Positions 37,101 through 52,002 are shown, numbered from the whole stretch's first letter. The stretch is DNA of 63,661 nt, filler included, from Lenisia limosa (GCA_001655205.1; 7 parts of 7 records of this genome joined end to end with filler, not necessarily neighbours in it); one strand, 5' to 3'. The notes: generated by a model from the letters alone, not told the origin. Made by a program: numbers and translations.

Positions 37101-40100
37101 TACTACATAGACTCCATGGAAATGGGATACTCCCCTGCATGGAATGTCGTACGAACCAGTCTGGGATAGTGATATTTACAAAAAAAAGGAAATCCCTCGT
37201 TTGTGTTCATGATTATCATGATTGAAGTTCTTAAAACAACATGACAATGAAATATCCGAGAAATAAACACCAACTTTCTTAATAAAGGAAGAGGAAGACG
37301 TCGAGCAAAATAAATGCAACATGTCCTGAAAAAGTTAGCAGTGCTTTAGAACAGAAAAGTAGTCAGAGATACACATTTGGGTTTCATCCATTTCCTTTCC
37401 TACAGATTTGACATCATTTCACTGATATGATGACGATTGCAGAAGTCGTTATCTTCGAAAGTAAACGCTAGTTGATCGTCTCCCTATGACAATCAAACAG
37501 TATTCATATTTGCCATAGTAATCCTGAATACCAACATGACAAACCTTTTGGAGACGGTATTTTGATTTGGTGAGATCTCGAGGGAAGTCAAGTGGGCTAT
37601 CCCCTTTAAATGTCGAAATCTATAGCGTAACATCAGTCAGACACATATGTATGTAAAATCTCAATATGAAATTATTATTCTTACCCAGGGGACAATGGGG
37701 TGTCTGTCGAGGTCTCCCGGTCGTCTCCCTGCAACAGAGTTCAGCCAAAGGAGATACTCCAGGTTTGACATCGTGCCATCAACCCAAGAAGCCGTAATTG
37801 CGCTTAGTCCTCCCTTGGGTTGGAAAAGTGGCAAATCTAACTGGGTCAGAAAAAAATAGTGATTATGAAATATGTCCTATGATAGAAAACCTAACCCTAC
37901 CATTTTTTGGACCAGAGGTAAAGTGTGGGAAGCTTTCATGATAATCAATTGGAGAAAGCCCTTCCAAGGAATACACCTGCATATCACAGCGACACTCATC
38001 ACAAGGACTCGCTGTAGGCTGCATACCGGATTGCTTCTGCCAAATAACCTGTTGTATTATTATGAAATATCTGGGGTATATTGAATACATTCAAAAAGCA
38101 GCGCCACGTACCTCTGGGTTTTCAAAAACTTCTCGAGACTCTAGGGCTGCGGGGGAACTGTACAGCCAAAGGGTGGGTGAGATGTAAACGGTTTGAGGGA
38201 AAAGCCGTCCATGCGGCACACCTCTCTTGTGGAGAGCATTGACCGACTATAACAATTAGAAATTCTCACCAGGGATGAAAAAAAGAATAACTGAACTGGT
38301 CTATCAACTGACCTGAACCAGTTGGTAGCTAAGGAACAACTTCGATAAATTTGAAGATACAAGGTGCTGAATAGGTCAAAATGATAACGGAAAATAGAGA
38401 ACGGTTGCACCTGCCACTGCCGCCCACTTTATGCCAAAATGCAGTGATAAAAATAGAATCACTTCATTTGTATAAAATAGAGAAGTACAGATCTCTTAAC
38501 CAACCTGTGACATCATTAGTAGTTCAGCTAGATTAGCAGCAGGCTTTCGACCAACAATGAAGAGCCAATCATTTGAGATCACCACGGCAAAAGAAGGAAC
38601 TTGAAGGTGAACAACAAGGAGTGAAATTGCATTTTCCATTAATTAAGTTCAGGTGACCTTTCTATCAACAATTTCAAAATACAATGATTCCACTCACAGA
38701 TATTAGCATGAAAACTGTGTCCATTCTTTTTGGAGTACGATGCTAATTTCTCCACCTTCAGATATAAGTTATCTTTCATTTTTTATCTTCTATTTTGAAA
38801 TAAGCGTACCAAAGACGAAGGTGACTCATCAAAGGTCACGTTATTATCATGTAAAATTCCAGGAAATTCACCAGTTGTAGATTCTTCAATTTCATTTCTA
38901 TGGGGTTAAAACAAATACAGAATTTGTGAGTTGAATTTACTCGATGCTTAAATCCAAACTAACTCTTTGCACAATATAATAGGAAGATCTGGTCCGTACT
39001 GTCGCAAGCAAGCGTGAATTAAAAACTACACATTTTATAAAATAAAAATAAAAGCCAACAATAAAGCCTTTTCTGAACCCTAACTTACTGCCTTCGCGTT
39101 TTTTGAAAATGCAGCAGTCATTTCTGGGAATCTGAATTCCTCTGTGGGCATTAAAGATCAACCCTTGCACAAATTGTCAAAGTGTCAAATATATTGCAAA
39201 TATGATAAACAATAAGAAAAGAACCAAAAAATTATTAACCTTCTGTAGAATCCAAACCTTGGACATCATGAAGATTCGGATAATAGGGAAGTGATTCCTG
39301 AAGGTAAGACATTTAATTAAATCACAAACCGAGTCTTCTGAAAGTGATTTATTCACAGCCTGTAGAATATCAAACTCCTTCAAAGGATCAGAAGAGGCAT
39401 CCAGAAGAGTTGACCTGAAAAATAATGTTATATTTTTTAAAATGAGAAATAAAATACTTGAAGGAGAATATACAATTTATCATGTCTCCAAGTTACTTTG
39501 CTTTCAATGGAATTAAAAGTAGCTAAATCTAGAAAAACACTTTCAAGGTTCATACTGATTGGATGGCTGAGCTGTAGGAAAGGCCGAAACAAGAACCTAA
39601 AAAACAATCAAGGTGGGACAATGTTTCCTTTGTTTCCAAATTTTCCAAAAAAACATCCTTATTTACCAACATCAATACTAGCATCAATTTGAACATCAGT
39701 ATGCGGTCTATACTGTGGAATCTGTGAAGTTAACTGTGGCTGTCGCTGAAACCAGAAATGACTCAATCACCTTCCCCTTGAAAATACCAAAACCATCCAC
39801 ATACAGAGCAAAGAAACGTGTTACTTTGGAACCCAACTGGGCAATCCAGGCTTATGAATGAAAGGCCAGGGAGGCATGTACTTACAAGATCCCGTGCCTT
39901 CTGTCTCTTCAATAGAATGGCCATTTGCACGTGAAACTAAACAGTCAAAACAGTCAAAACTCCTACCCAATAATTATTCAGTTTGTCATCTTCTCCTTAG
40001 GCGAAGCACAATAAGGACAAGAAAAAGTTCAATCCCTTCAATAAGTTCAATGATTCACCTTTACTACTTAAAAAATTGTGGTGGTGCATTCCAGAGTGAG

Positions 40101-40245
40101 AGAAAGAAAAAGCAAATAGTATTGATGGGTGTGCTGTGTGCTGTGGGAAGGTATTTTCAGGTGGATTTTCCCAGTATGCTGTATGAGACTATCAGACAGA
40201 AGAAAACAGGAAAGAAGAGCGAGGGAGGAGGGGGGAAACCTCCAT
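31179..40245 (-). CDS. WDR81: WDR81-like BEACH / pseudokinase / WD40 protein, 3' end off contig
   Basis: Spliced exons give [46 protein letters not shown] (37685-37840), [88 protein letters not shown], and WD40 segments [10 protein letters not shown] and [11 protein letters not shown]. Confidence 0.9.
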
Positions 40246-40421
40246 AATACAAAGCCTGAAGCCCGGTCGCGGTGACAATCAAATGCTGACATCACCTTTT
40301 TCGAGACCAAAAACGTTCTTCTGTCACACATTATAAATATACATGAAAAAACTATTAACGTATGGCTTCTTTTCTATTCAATAATTTTTTAACGAGTATT
40401 CTCCCTACCATAGTAGCCTAA
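40246..40421. promoter_or_regulatory. Probable bidirectional promoter between divergent WDR81 and bZIP genes
   Basis: Only ~176 bp separate the two inferred start codons; no specific element was identified. Confidence 0.35.
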
Positions 40422-42332
40422 ATGACACTCTACGAACCAGATAATGGTTACTTGGCGCCGCTAGAAGGCAATGATCAGCAGTCATCTTTCACTGAAACTG
40501 CTTCTGATACCTCCGACCCTATGGCCTCAGGTTTGTTGTTTCACAGGCAGATTGATGAAATCCTCAGCAAAATAAGATGAGTTTATTTCATGACTGGCCA
40601 GTGTCATAATTGTGCTTGTTTCTTTTTAATCTTCATGTATTCTTCTCCGAGGAGTCTTATAATCACAATGATATTGTATTGAAGTTCTTTTTTGAAGACG
40701 TTACTGCTTCATGATCTCACAGAAAAATCAGGTTACCCAAACTCGAACGAGCCTGATTTCGCACTTCTCGATGACAATGATCCCAATTTTGGATTTGATT
40801 TTAATTCAAATAATGGCCTTATGGATTTGAATACCCTCAATGCCCCTCTTGATGCCATTGACCCAAGTCTTGTTCCAGATATTGAAGGTCAGCCTGCCTT
40901 GCTCTTGGTACTTGTGCACTTGCTTATTTTGAAAGCCAGTCTGCCTTTGTCATAACTCTTCAGTTGATATATTTGGCTGCAATCCAGTGGACTCAGACAC
41001 ATTTCCTGTTTTTGAAAACTCTACAATACAGGTAGGGGTTTTTTGTTGTTGTTGCTATTTTTAGCCCCATCACCTGGTCTTTCATGTCTTGCTGAAACTA
41101 ATCCGTTAGTTCCCTGCCCCAGCCAGCCCCGAAAGCCTTTCGTTTGAAAACAGTCCCCTTTCAGGGTTAGTAGGAAATGTGATATATGTATTACATATTA
41201 TACTAAAGCTTCGCATGTATTACCATATAACCCTTGCAACCTTATTTGTCTCCAGACTTTGAAAACAGCAATTGTCTGTAAACTTATTAAATATTACACC
41301 AACAGTTCAATTTAATCATCTCAGTACTTATTCATTTGTGAATGACAAGTCATCACCACCACTTGACCACGATCTCTACAATAAGTTTGATGGTATTACC
41401 CCTCATATTTTTACTTTTGACACTTTGGACACCAACTTCACTATTCAGTAACCTACTTTCTCCCGACACCCCAAGCCTTTTCTCCTCCAATGAAATTGAG
41501 AACAGTAAACTGTCCCCTGGTCTTGGTAGCATTACGTCGTACGAAATCAGCTCCACACAGACTTCTCCTGAAAGAAGAATGGTAAATGGAAGCAATATTA
41601 CTTTTCATAACATTGTTTTTGTGTTCTTGATTGTCTACTCGTCTTGTCGACGCAAACTCACCTTTCATAGAATCGACCAGGGTCGCCAGAATCAGTTGAG
41701 TCCACATATACTCCAACAGAAGTCCTTGGAGACAACCCTTATGTTTACGAAGTTGGTCACAGCTTCAATGATATTACAATAAAAGCCAAAAACACAAATG
41801 GTGCATATATATTTTATTTATTTCGTTTCAGCAGCATGTTCCTATGGAGCCGATACCCAATACAAAGAAAAGAGGAAGACCTAAGGGCGCTGTCACAGGG
41901 TCAGTTTTTGGCAGTATTGATTCACGTTTCAGATCTGGAATTACGGATTCTGAGGAGAAGAAGAAGCGAAATCGGGATGCTGCTAAACGTTCACGTGCTC
42001 GAAAAAAAGCCAAAGAGGTTAGATTCAGTGATATTAATTCCCTTTACATTTGTGTTTCTAATTTTTTTTTAAGAACCAAGAAAAGAGTATCTTGGAACAA
42101 GTCAATGACAAGTGCACTCTGCTTAAGTCTGAAAATGAACAACTTCGGTTTAACCTCCAGACTGCTCAGGCCCAGATCATTACCTTACAGTAAGCTTGAA
42201 GTTTACAGAACCTTGTTTTTTTATTATTCAATTACCGCGTGAGTCCCCTAACAATACAGGACAATGAACCAGCAACTTAGGGCTGAAATAGAATCCTTGC
42301 GTCTAGGAGTAACTGTCTCTTCTGGTTGGTGA
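40422..42332 (+). CDS. bZIP transcription factor with an AT-hook
   Basis: Acidic N-terminus MTLYEPDNG; KKRGRPK (41865-41885); basic region EKKKRNRDAAKRSRARKK; heptad zipper ILEQVNDKCTLLKSENEQLRFNLQTAQAQIITLQTMNQQLRAEIESLR; stop at 42330-42332. Confidence 0.88.
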
Positions 42333-42551
42333 GGCTCTGATTTCTATGATACATATTATGATTATTGCCGCTGTATTCAAGTTGAAAAAATATTTACTTT
42401 TACACTTCAGCCCCTTCACCAATCACTCCAAAGAATATTACTATGTTTGTCTTTTGTATCTGTAAGTGGATGGGGAACCATTTTAACTATTTCTGATGTT
42501 TTAGTTTTGGTTGCTGCCTGTTTTACTACATACCATAAGTTTTCACCAAGA

Positions 42552-43369
42552 ATGTCGTCTGATGTTGTTCTTCACCCAACTTCAATGAGAGGGTGGGCGT
42601 TGGACACCTGTTTACTGAAATAGTTTGAAATACCTAATTTATAATAAGACAACTTCCTTAATATATGTTTGACCATTTGACATCTTCCAGAAGACGATTA
42701 AACAGCATTAATGAGGCAGCGCAAAACCATCACCTTTTGAGCAACGGCTCCGATACTCTTGTTTTTCCCGATCAGGTTGGTGCGATTGCTGAATCGCTAC
42801 ATAGTAATAAATACTGTGACTCCTTATACTAACTATTCAGAACATTAGCAAACCAAACGGACGGCCACTTGTACTCCTGGGTGAATCAGATGTTATATTC
42901 TTCGAAGGCTCCACTGATGGGGTATGCCCGGATGAATTTTAAACAATACTAGGAATGGTCGAAAAGGAACCTTTTGACCAATACAGTCTGCTTTCGGAGG
43001 GCGTGCAATGTTTGTTATCCCTCGCTCTACTCTTTCTAGCTTCGGACTCTCTGTTTCTGTGAGTGGAAACCAAACCAAAAATGCAGATTACCTCTTTCTT
43101 TTACATATATTTTCCTGCTTTTGTTTGACTGTTTTCAGGATATGTTACCCTGGATCACCACAATCCCTGCCAACTCAACAGAGTGTCCCCCTTCTCAATC
43201 CACTTCTCCTGATTATGAAGTATGCTAACAACAACCGTTTTTTTTTCTGATTAAAAACCCCACTCACCACCAATAGGGAGTATATGTTGAAGACGACGAT
43301 GATGAAGGAGAATGTGATGACCCGTCAGATGACTTAGTAATTCATTCAGATCAACCACAAATCCAGTAA
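42552..43369 (+). CDS. Small hypothetical protein (~150 aa, acidic C-terminus)
   Basis: Phase-consistent exons from MSSDVVLHPTSMRG through GRPLVLLGESDVIFFEGSTDG and SAFGGRAMFVIPR to EDDDDEGECDD...IQ*. Confidence 0.6.
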
Positions 43370-43779
43370 GCCTTTCGGTGCCTTTTAATCCGGAAAGACC
43401 TGTCACAACTATAGAAAAATCTCATTGACTTTGAAACATTTGATTAATTCATTAGAACACAACCAATGTTCAACTGTTCAACGTTTGACCTTGAGAGAAT
43501 CTACAACATTTGCCTTTCAAAAGGATTTGGTTCTGATGTTGTTCTGGTAGGAGGTTTATCTGAAAACTGCTGAGCGTTGTTCCTTTATTGTTTAGGTTGA
43601 GGCTATTGTGACGGGGTACCGAGACCTTCCAAATAAAACAATACGGTCCTGAATTTTGAGTATCAGACACGTTTGCATTCCAATTGGTATGCCTACAATT
43701 CCTTTTTCAAACCTGCAACATATGCTGTAATAACATTTTTTAGATACCGCCGTGATTGTATCTCTTAGTTCTTATTTAA

Positions 43780-46700
43780 TACAGTTGTGTGAACAACCTA
43801 TAAAAGAAGCTATTTCAAAATCATTAAACAGAAAATATATCAATACTGTACACTAAAACTTTACTACCATATAACCTAAAATACAATCAAATTAACGATA
43901 CTTCATCAACCGTAAAGACTCGTTCCTTAAAGGCTTCGTTTTTTTTCTGGACACAGGGAGTAGATCAAACGTGGCACTTCCCTTACTTCGTGTCATAAAC
44001 TTGCGAGTCTAAAAGGTAAACACGACTAAATGAAGACGGTTTCAGGTCATCCACAAGCAACAGACATTATAATCTCAAGCGATTCAACAATTCAGATAAC
44101 AGGACGCAGGCCTACAGGTGTTGAAGACTTCTTTTTGGGAGTGCTTTTCTGGATTCTTTGAAGCGGCCCCAAGTCAACACTCTTGAGGTATAAATTGTTT
44201 TGAAAGAAGTGAAATAAAGGAGGTTAATTGTCTTCCATCGATGTGAGGAATAATTTACATAAACTGTGATGAGGAGTAATCTGTACGAGGTGGCGGGCAG
44301 AGGGGAAAAGACAACACCCTCCAACCATATTTCTTAGCACATCTCTATTTGTATTGGTGATCTTCTTAGTCCGGGTCCTTAGCATTTTGATGACGGAGAG
44401 TGGTATTTCGGGTGGCCTCACGCTAAACTGAACTGAAAAATGCTATAGTGTAAGAATTGAACCAAAGCTGGGTAAGAGATTAAAAGTCCACATTGCTTAC
44501 ATCGGGTAATGGGAAAAGCCGTAACTGAGGAAGTGGTTGGGTAGCTGGATTACCTTTCCTTGAAAATGAGAACAATGACATGATAAAAGCTAGAATTGAG
44601 AGAATTTCGAATGATGATCAAACTTTCCTACTTTCCAGGTTTTGAAAACGTGGCTTCTGAAGACGAAACCAATGAATACTGTGAGCTTGTTTCTCCTTTT
44701 TCAGACTGTTGAGACTGAAAGGTTACTGACTGTTATGTTATAATCCGGATTGTACCATTAAAACCACGGTGCTCAGATATAATCACACGAATAATTTCCC
44801 CACTCACATTAACAGGGTTTGTGATCGTAATTGATGTGTCATTACGCGAACTAAAAGGTTAAAATGGGTACACATCGGGTGTAGGAGACATTTTGAAGTC
44901 GTCAACAAGAAGGAGAACAGTTAATAAAGGTTGAAGCGACAAACCATTGCTCTTGGGAGTCGGGAATTGCTGTTTGGGAGTCCGAGACCACTTCTGACTC
45001 CTAAAATCAGTGAAATGCTGACGGCCGGGAACACTAAAACAGGAAAAAAAAAAAATTCATACCATCAAAGAGGAAGGAATGACTTGTTCTGTTGGAGAAG
45101 GTGGCACAGCTGACACTGTAGAGAACGCTGGGGAAGGTTTTGGTGGCGACAGTGGAGTAGCACTGTCAGAAATATGCGATGGGGATGGAGCGAATTGATG
45201 TGCTAAATCTTTACCTTGAGATGAATTTACAGGAGACTTCTCCCCTAATGGTGATTTTACTTCCTTATAAAATCCACTCATTATCTGTTGTCGCTTAAGC
45301 TGCTTCTCTGCTTGTTTTTTGACCCTCTTTTCACGCCTCACTTGGAGTACCTCTTCACGAGAAAGCGTAGAGTGCTGTGAATAGGCCTTCTTTGGAGTAG
45401 CATTGCTGGCGGCCGGCTTGGTTGATGCCTGCAGCTTGTTTCGAAGTCTTGAAGCTATTGATGATGGCGAACTATTATCAAATTGAAGCTGAGAACAACC
45501 AGGAGAAGAAGTTGCTACCACGTTGGACTGGTGGCTTCTCGTTGAGGAGCTTTGAAATTCAGCATCAGCTGAGTGCACAGAGGGAAGAGAAGCAGAACTG
45601 GAACTTTGGGACTGTGAGCTTGGACTGGAAGGTGACTGGGAACTAGACAGCTTTCGAGGGCGACCTCTTGGGCGTGTTGGGCTCCCTACTGCCACGGGTA
45701 CAACACGCTTGAGACTGGTCATATTGGGGGTATGGTGGCTGTCAAGAGAGTCTGGATACCCCGGCTGGACAGTTCCCTTTCTTCGCAACTTTGATTTAAC
45801 TTCTTTTCGAGGGGAAGTGGGTCTAGCCTCTTCCATTTTGCTTTTTGTGGTGATTTTGTTTGCAGGAGTGGATGGAGAGGGGGAGGAGAGTTGCGAACTT
45901 GACGATGAACGTGTAATTGTCAACATTGGCGAATATGGTACTGGAACTGCTCTTGGACGATGACACGTCTGGTATTCAGACACGCCGGGGGCACACAACA
46001 CTGACAGTGAATAGGTTGGCTCCTTAGTATTGGGAATACTAACCTGAGTACCTGGGGGACTGATGAAATCATCCGACTCTTGACTGCTATCAAAATGAAG
46101 AGAATCTGGACGAGAGCTTGCTCCGGAGCTTTGAGTGAGACTATCAGCAGTGAAAACCGTCGTGCTGGAAGTATTGACAAGAGAACTTTTCTCGGAGAAA
46201 TCGGTGCTTTGGGGACAACGGCATTTCTGAGCATCAGGCTGAGAAAGACCTAAACTGGGAACATCGGATATTGAAGAAGAAGTAAGGGTGCTGAAAGTGT
46301 CTTGAGTTGAAAGGGATTTGTCAGAAACGAGACCATGATCCTCTACTGCGAAAGGAGACTTGGAAGGAGATCGGAAGAAATCACGTTTTGTCTGCACAGC
46401 TTTTACTGTTGGATGACTGGCTCTGTTTGACTCCGTGCCAATGTGAGGTATGTCAGGGGGTGCGGCATGGACAACAAAGGTATCTTGTGATGGAGAGCAA
46501 GGTTCAGACCTTCCAGCAAGGAAGGATGAAATGCTACTTCTGGGTGGTTTCGTCATTGCGTCTTCTTCTTCGTCAAGGGAAGAAAACACGGTGACAGATT
46601 GTGAGGCAGGACTGTCAGAGGAGAGCCCTGAACCAGACACAACCGGACTGAACACTTCAGTTGACTTAAGAGTGGATTTTCGGGTCAAATCTGGCTTCGG

Positions 46701-49700
46701 CGTCAGGTCGGGTAAAGGGAGAGACGATGGCTAAAAACAGGTCAAACTGAAAAAGGAGGGAAAACAGGTTGCCACATATCCTCCGACCCAGCCATACCGT
46801 AGTAACTGGTGTTGGTGGAGCAAGCTGAGTGTACTTCTGTATCGGGGTCAGTGGTTCTGGGTTATCCAGAGTTGACCGGTTAGACTCCGACTGAGGGGTA
46901 AAAAAAGCCCGGGATAATGAGAAAAAGGTAACTTGAAGAGTGTAACAAATTAGCTCTTAACGCCGCCGAATAAGGGATTTACTCTACGAACCCTCATACA
47001 TTCTGGCTAATGACGGCGCTCAAAATGGGGTCGAAAGACACAGGATCAACATCAACAGTCATAATGGAGGCAACATCGTTTTGCGATTCCATGGACAACA
47101 CTGTTGGACTTTCCACCTCCAAAATCTAGGTTAATTTTAAAATTGCAAAAAAAATGTAAGGAGATTTTAAAAGCAAACAGCGAAAAAAAAAAAGAAAAAA
47201 AAAAGCAAACCTTTGGTTTTAAAGATACTGCTTTGTCCGATTCCTGCTGTGCTTCAATACGGGGAGCTTTGTAGTGCAATAAAGACTGGGGATGTGAGTT
47301 GCCTCGTTTCCTTCGAGGGGACGCGAAGGGAGCGTGCTTGGGAAATGATCTGTTTGGGGAAGAAACATCTATAATCTAAATCATGAGAAAAATCAAGGAA
47401 GAAATAAATTACCACAACAAATTCAAATTTATAAATTTGAAATGTGATGAATATGTAGAAATGAAAAAAACAAGGCGTTATCTGCCCAAAGAGATTCACA
47501 CCATCATATAGTTTTACCTAATCATTTATGCACATAGCTTTCCATAACCCCCAGAATACCAACATGATGTAAATATCTCTGTCACAAAAACAATCTCCAC
47601 AAACAATATGTTTTGAAGGTTCAGAAAATTCAAAGCTCTTGTCTACAGAAGAATTGTTTTCAATGCTGTCAGCAGGCTCCAATTTTGCATGCGTAGATTT
47701 AGACGTAGGAGAAGCCACAGGGTGGACAGCAGACATGGGGGACAAGGGCTTCCGACTCAAATAATCATTGAGCACTCCCAGAATTCTGTTTTCTTTAGCC
47801 TTGGCTTCAGACTCGATCTTCTCCTTCTCTTCCTGGCTGATAATTTCCGGCTTTGGGCTCCTTTTGGGGAACTAGAATGTAAAAGTGAATACAATAATAA
47901 ATCCTTGCTATTTCCCAATTACGCTCGAGCTTGCAGAATTATGGAAGAACATCATACCTCTGGAGATGTTCCGTCTTTCGTTGAAGAGACATAAAGAGGA
48001 GATGTAAGAACGCTTGCCTTAATTGGGCTTGATGAGATAATAGGAGGAACAGCTGAAGGAGATTTACTGGAGAGCGCCAAATGATTTCCATGACGCAGGG
48101 GTGAGGACGAAAAGTTATCTTTTTGCTGGGGGTCTCGACGAAGTGGGGAGCCAGTGGCCGCTTCAAACTGCCTGTTTCGCCGCTGACTCAGAGTTCCGGC
48201 AGGCTTTGACATGGATATGGCAGGATGTCGTTGGTGTGAAGGTGAGCTTCTGAATTGAGCTGATGAAATCGTCATATCTTTTCTTTTAAGGTGTGGAACT
48301 GAATCAGATTCTTTGCTTCCTCGTGGCTGTGACTTATTTTCTTGAGTACTTGCGAACAGTGCTCTCTAAACGTCATTACAATTCAACAACATGAAAGGCG
48401 GTATGACTTTTAGTCGAATTCACAGACTCTTTCGCCAAAAAAACAGGGGCTCAGAGGTAAGGGGTTTGAGAAACAATGATACCCACCTTGACTCCATGAG
48501 GTGGTGAGGCGGCAGCAACATTAGCTCTGCACAAAGATAAAAGCGAGGGAAGACGTTTCTTAACCAAACAATACAGGTTGCTCATATTTTTCGTCCACCC
48601 CTCAAGCCACACTTTGTATTGAAGAGTGTTTTCGTTTTGACAAAGCTATTGGGAGAGCGTGATGATGGTGTCCTGGTTTAATAAAACAGAAATAAGAAAC
48701 TAAGGAATACAACACTGATCCTACCTTGGCATCCTTGATTGGTTTTCAATGAGTAAGTGAGCCTTGAGAGAATGCAATGACGTTGGAGAAGCAGCTGAAC
48801 AATAAAACAGTAGTCCGATTAATTACCACAATAAAACAGTAATACTTTCGTAAGTTGTACAAAAAACCCACTTGAGTCGCCCTTAGAGCCAAGAACCGGC
48901 CTTGGACTCGCTAAAGGACGTAAGTGGAAGTCGGCTTGAAACAATTATTTTTAACAACACTCATTTTTCAATATGTCCCTTGATTGTCCACAAAAACCGG
49001 TGCTTTNNNNNNNNNNNNNNNNNNNNNNNNNNNNNNNNNNNNNNNNNNNNNNNNNNNNNNNNNNNNNNNNNNNNNNNNNNNNNNNNNNNNNNNNNNNNNN
49101 NTCCAAAAAGCACCGGTTTTTGCGGACGGGGATATATACATGTATATAATTATATGATTATATCGATATATGATAAAGTATGATATATACCTATCATATC
49201 ATATAATATATACTATTACTATCAAATATATCATAGCATGATACAATACAATATCATAAGTCTACCAAATTCCCACGAACCAGCTTTTTTGTCAAACAAC
49301 TTAGTGTTCAAATTCGGGTGACGAGGTGATGACAACTGTTGAGAAGGAATAAGGTCTCCAAACTTCAGTTCGTCAGAGGACAACACTTGTGACACGTCAT
49401 CACTAGAATATAAACAAAAGAAGAGGCAACAACAAAGCCACTAGCATTCGACAATGCTCACTTGATAAATCTCACACGCCGAGATAAAGGGAGCTTCGGG
49501 GTTGTTGCCACTGACTGATCAGTGATTATCTTTTCTGACACTTGAAGAACAGGAGTTTTTACATCGGAATTATTCTTTTTGGGTGGTGGGGTGGTGGCCA
49601 GTTCTACGATATAGCGTTAAAAAGAATGAAAATTGGTGGGGGGGGGGGGGGGNNNNNNNNNNNNNNNNNNNNNNNNNNNNNNNNNNNNNNNNNNNNNNNN

Positions 49701-51710
49701 NNNNNNNNNNNNNNNNNNNNNNNNNNNNNNNNNNNNNNNNNNNNNNNNNNNNNNNNNNNNNNNNNNNNNNNNNNNNNNNNNNNNNNNNAAACCCGAACAA
49801 GAGGAGTAAAATTAAAGCAATTTCTATGAAGAATATAGGTGGAAAGGTACTAATCATGAAGCGAATAATCTGAAACTCCAAAAACAAGCAACAACCAACA
49901 TGAGCACACAAATAAACAGACAAAAACCAGATGACACAAATCCTTAATAGAGTCCTAATCATCGGTTACTCACTTGAAGGGAACAGTGTTGGATTCTTGG
50001 ACTCAGAAGTTGGATCACACGCAGAAAGGCTCAATTCAAAGTCATCAGAAGGAACATATTTCTTCTACAGTATTACTTGCCAATGTTGAGTACAACACAT
50101 TCATACACATGTATATATAATCTTGAGCTGATTTCAATTGCTCTGTGGAAATACCTCTTTGATTGAAATAACTAAATAAACAGAGTGGAAAGATTAGAAC
50201 ATAAGAATATGGTTTGAAACCAAAATGGGCAATATGCCTACAGGTGATGCTAGAGCCGATTTGACTGCAGAGAGTATCTTCTAAAAGGAATAAAAAGAAT
50301 GCTCGACTGCTGAAAAATATGAGAAATTAAAACAAGGTAAAATTTACAAACCTTCGTTGGAGACTGGTCATGAGAGATGATTACTTTCTTTGGGCGCTGA
50401 AGAACATGAGCTAAATGAAATGTATGTAATATGCATTTACATTTATGCAAAAATATATTACATAATTTCAATACGTGAGGAAACCATACCTGTGGTGACT
50501 TAGCATTCGTGGTGCCAATTAGTGATTTAAGAGACGGGGTATGTACTGCAACTCTGGCCTGAAGAATGACGGAATTATGGATGATAGTTGAGGGGAGGGT
50601 CATTGAATACAATAGAGCAGCACCTCTGGTGAACTCTTCAACGAACTCTTCTGAAGAGTTCGCATCCTCTGTGTAATAATGTCCTGGATTTGGGGACTTC
50701 GTTGCGGTGGAGGGGCTTGTAGATCACGAGTCTGTTTGGAGGAAGCCTGAGTGGTGACTGATTGACCAACAGCTTTCAACAAATACAATAACTTTATTTC
50801 AAAAACCCCAACCTTTGACACATCAGAAGTAGTTTGGCTGGGTAAGACATGTTTGAGATCGGGTACAAGTGGATCAGCATGTCCTTTATGGGGAGGTGAC
50901 AAAATAGGGAGATCCCTTAGTTTCCTCCTTTCTGGTGTCCTGGATTCAACATTGCACCATGACTCTGGTATGTTCTCGGAAAGCGAACTGTAAAATAAGT
51001 ATTTCAACGAGCAATAATTTCACAATTATCAGTCGAAATATGCATTTTCTACCTACTGTAAGGGTTTGGATGGCACGTCTGACGGAGTTGAAACCACGCC
51101 TCTACCAGAAGAAGCCTTAAAGGTCATGCTTGACTTATTTATATTTATAAACCTAGTTTCGCATCAATTTAAGCTACCTGCCGTTGAAAAGAGGAATGAT
51201 TAAGAGGTTGCATTTGGCCAAAGTATATTTCTCAACATCCCATAAAATACTAGTGAGTGGGATATAATATAAAATACTACTCCACTTAACCATTTACCTA
51301 ACTAATGCTATGAATCACATACCTGTGAACTGGGTGGAGGGAGCATAATTGACGTTTGAGTTGATGAACGTGTGCCTGACGATGATGTACTCAATAGAGT
51401 TGCCTGAAGCAAGATTAATTGACACTTAAAAAAGGAACCCTGTTGGAAACGACTGAAAACGACGAGTACCATGCAAGCTTAAATTGCACATCCATACCTG
51501 TGTTACAACTGGCAGGTTCCCCAATTGTGAATCATCATTTGATTCGGGTGGCAAACGGAAAGCGCGCAAAATATCTTCAGAAGTGGGAGGGTCTGTCTGA
51601 CAAGAGGTCTTATTTCCTTTAAATACGTACTGCCCTATTCGTCTTTCAAGCATGAAAGCACCTCGCTGCTGAGCTTCCATCACACAATTGTTTTGCAGTT
51701 CATAGTTCAT
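43780..51710 (-). CDS. Very large, mostly disordered Ser/Pro/Thr-rich protein with an AT-hook
   Basis: More than 20 exons, including the 543-aa ORF at 45057-46688; RPRGRPRK at 45651-45674; many SP/TP motifs. The ATG at 51710 and the 3' end are tentative. Confidence 0.65.
48986..49127. mobile_element. MITE spanning an N gap
   Basis: GTCCACAAAAACCGGTGCTTT / AAAGCACCGGTTTTTGCGGAC: 21-bp TIR with one mismatch. Confidence 0.65.
49807..49860 (-). repeat. Interspersed repeat family E; also 1005-1055(+) and 29171-29222(+)
   Basis: TTC(G/A)TGATTAGTACCTTT.C.CC.ATATTCTTCAT..AAATT is shared by three loci on three different contigs. Confidence 0.75.
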
Positions 51711-52002
51711 CTATCTTCCATTTCAAGGAACTTTCTTGAGATTAATTTATTATATTATTCAACTTGAATCTCTCTCTTGGACCTCGTTGGCCTTTTCTTT
51801 TGCTCTTTTGCAGAGCGCAAAACTGGCAACTATCCGCTTATTCCCCAGTTTTTATTTTATCCCACTATTGCGTTCAGCCTTTTCCGCCTTTTGTCTCCGC
51901 CAATCAAAATATTAAATAATAACACAAAAATATTATATATAGTATTGTAATCTTCTGATTGTTTGTCACAGTAGTAAGTCTGGTGATAGTCATCACATCA
52001 TA

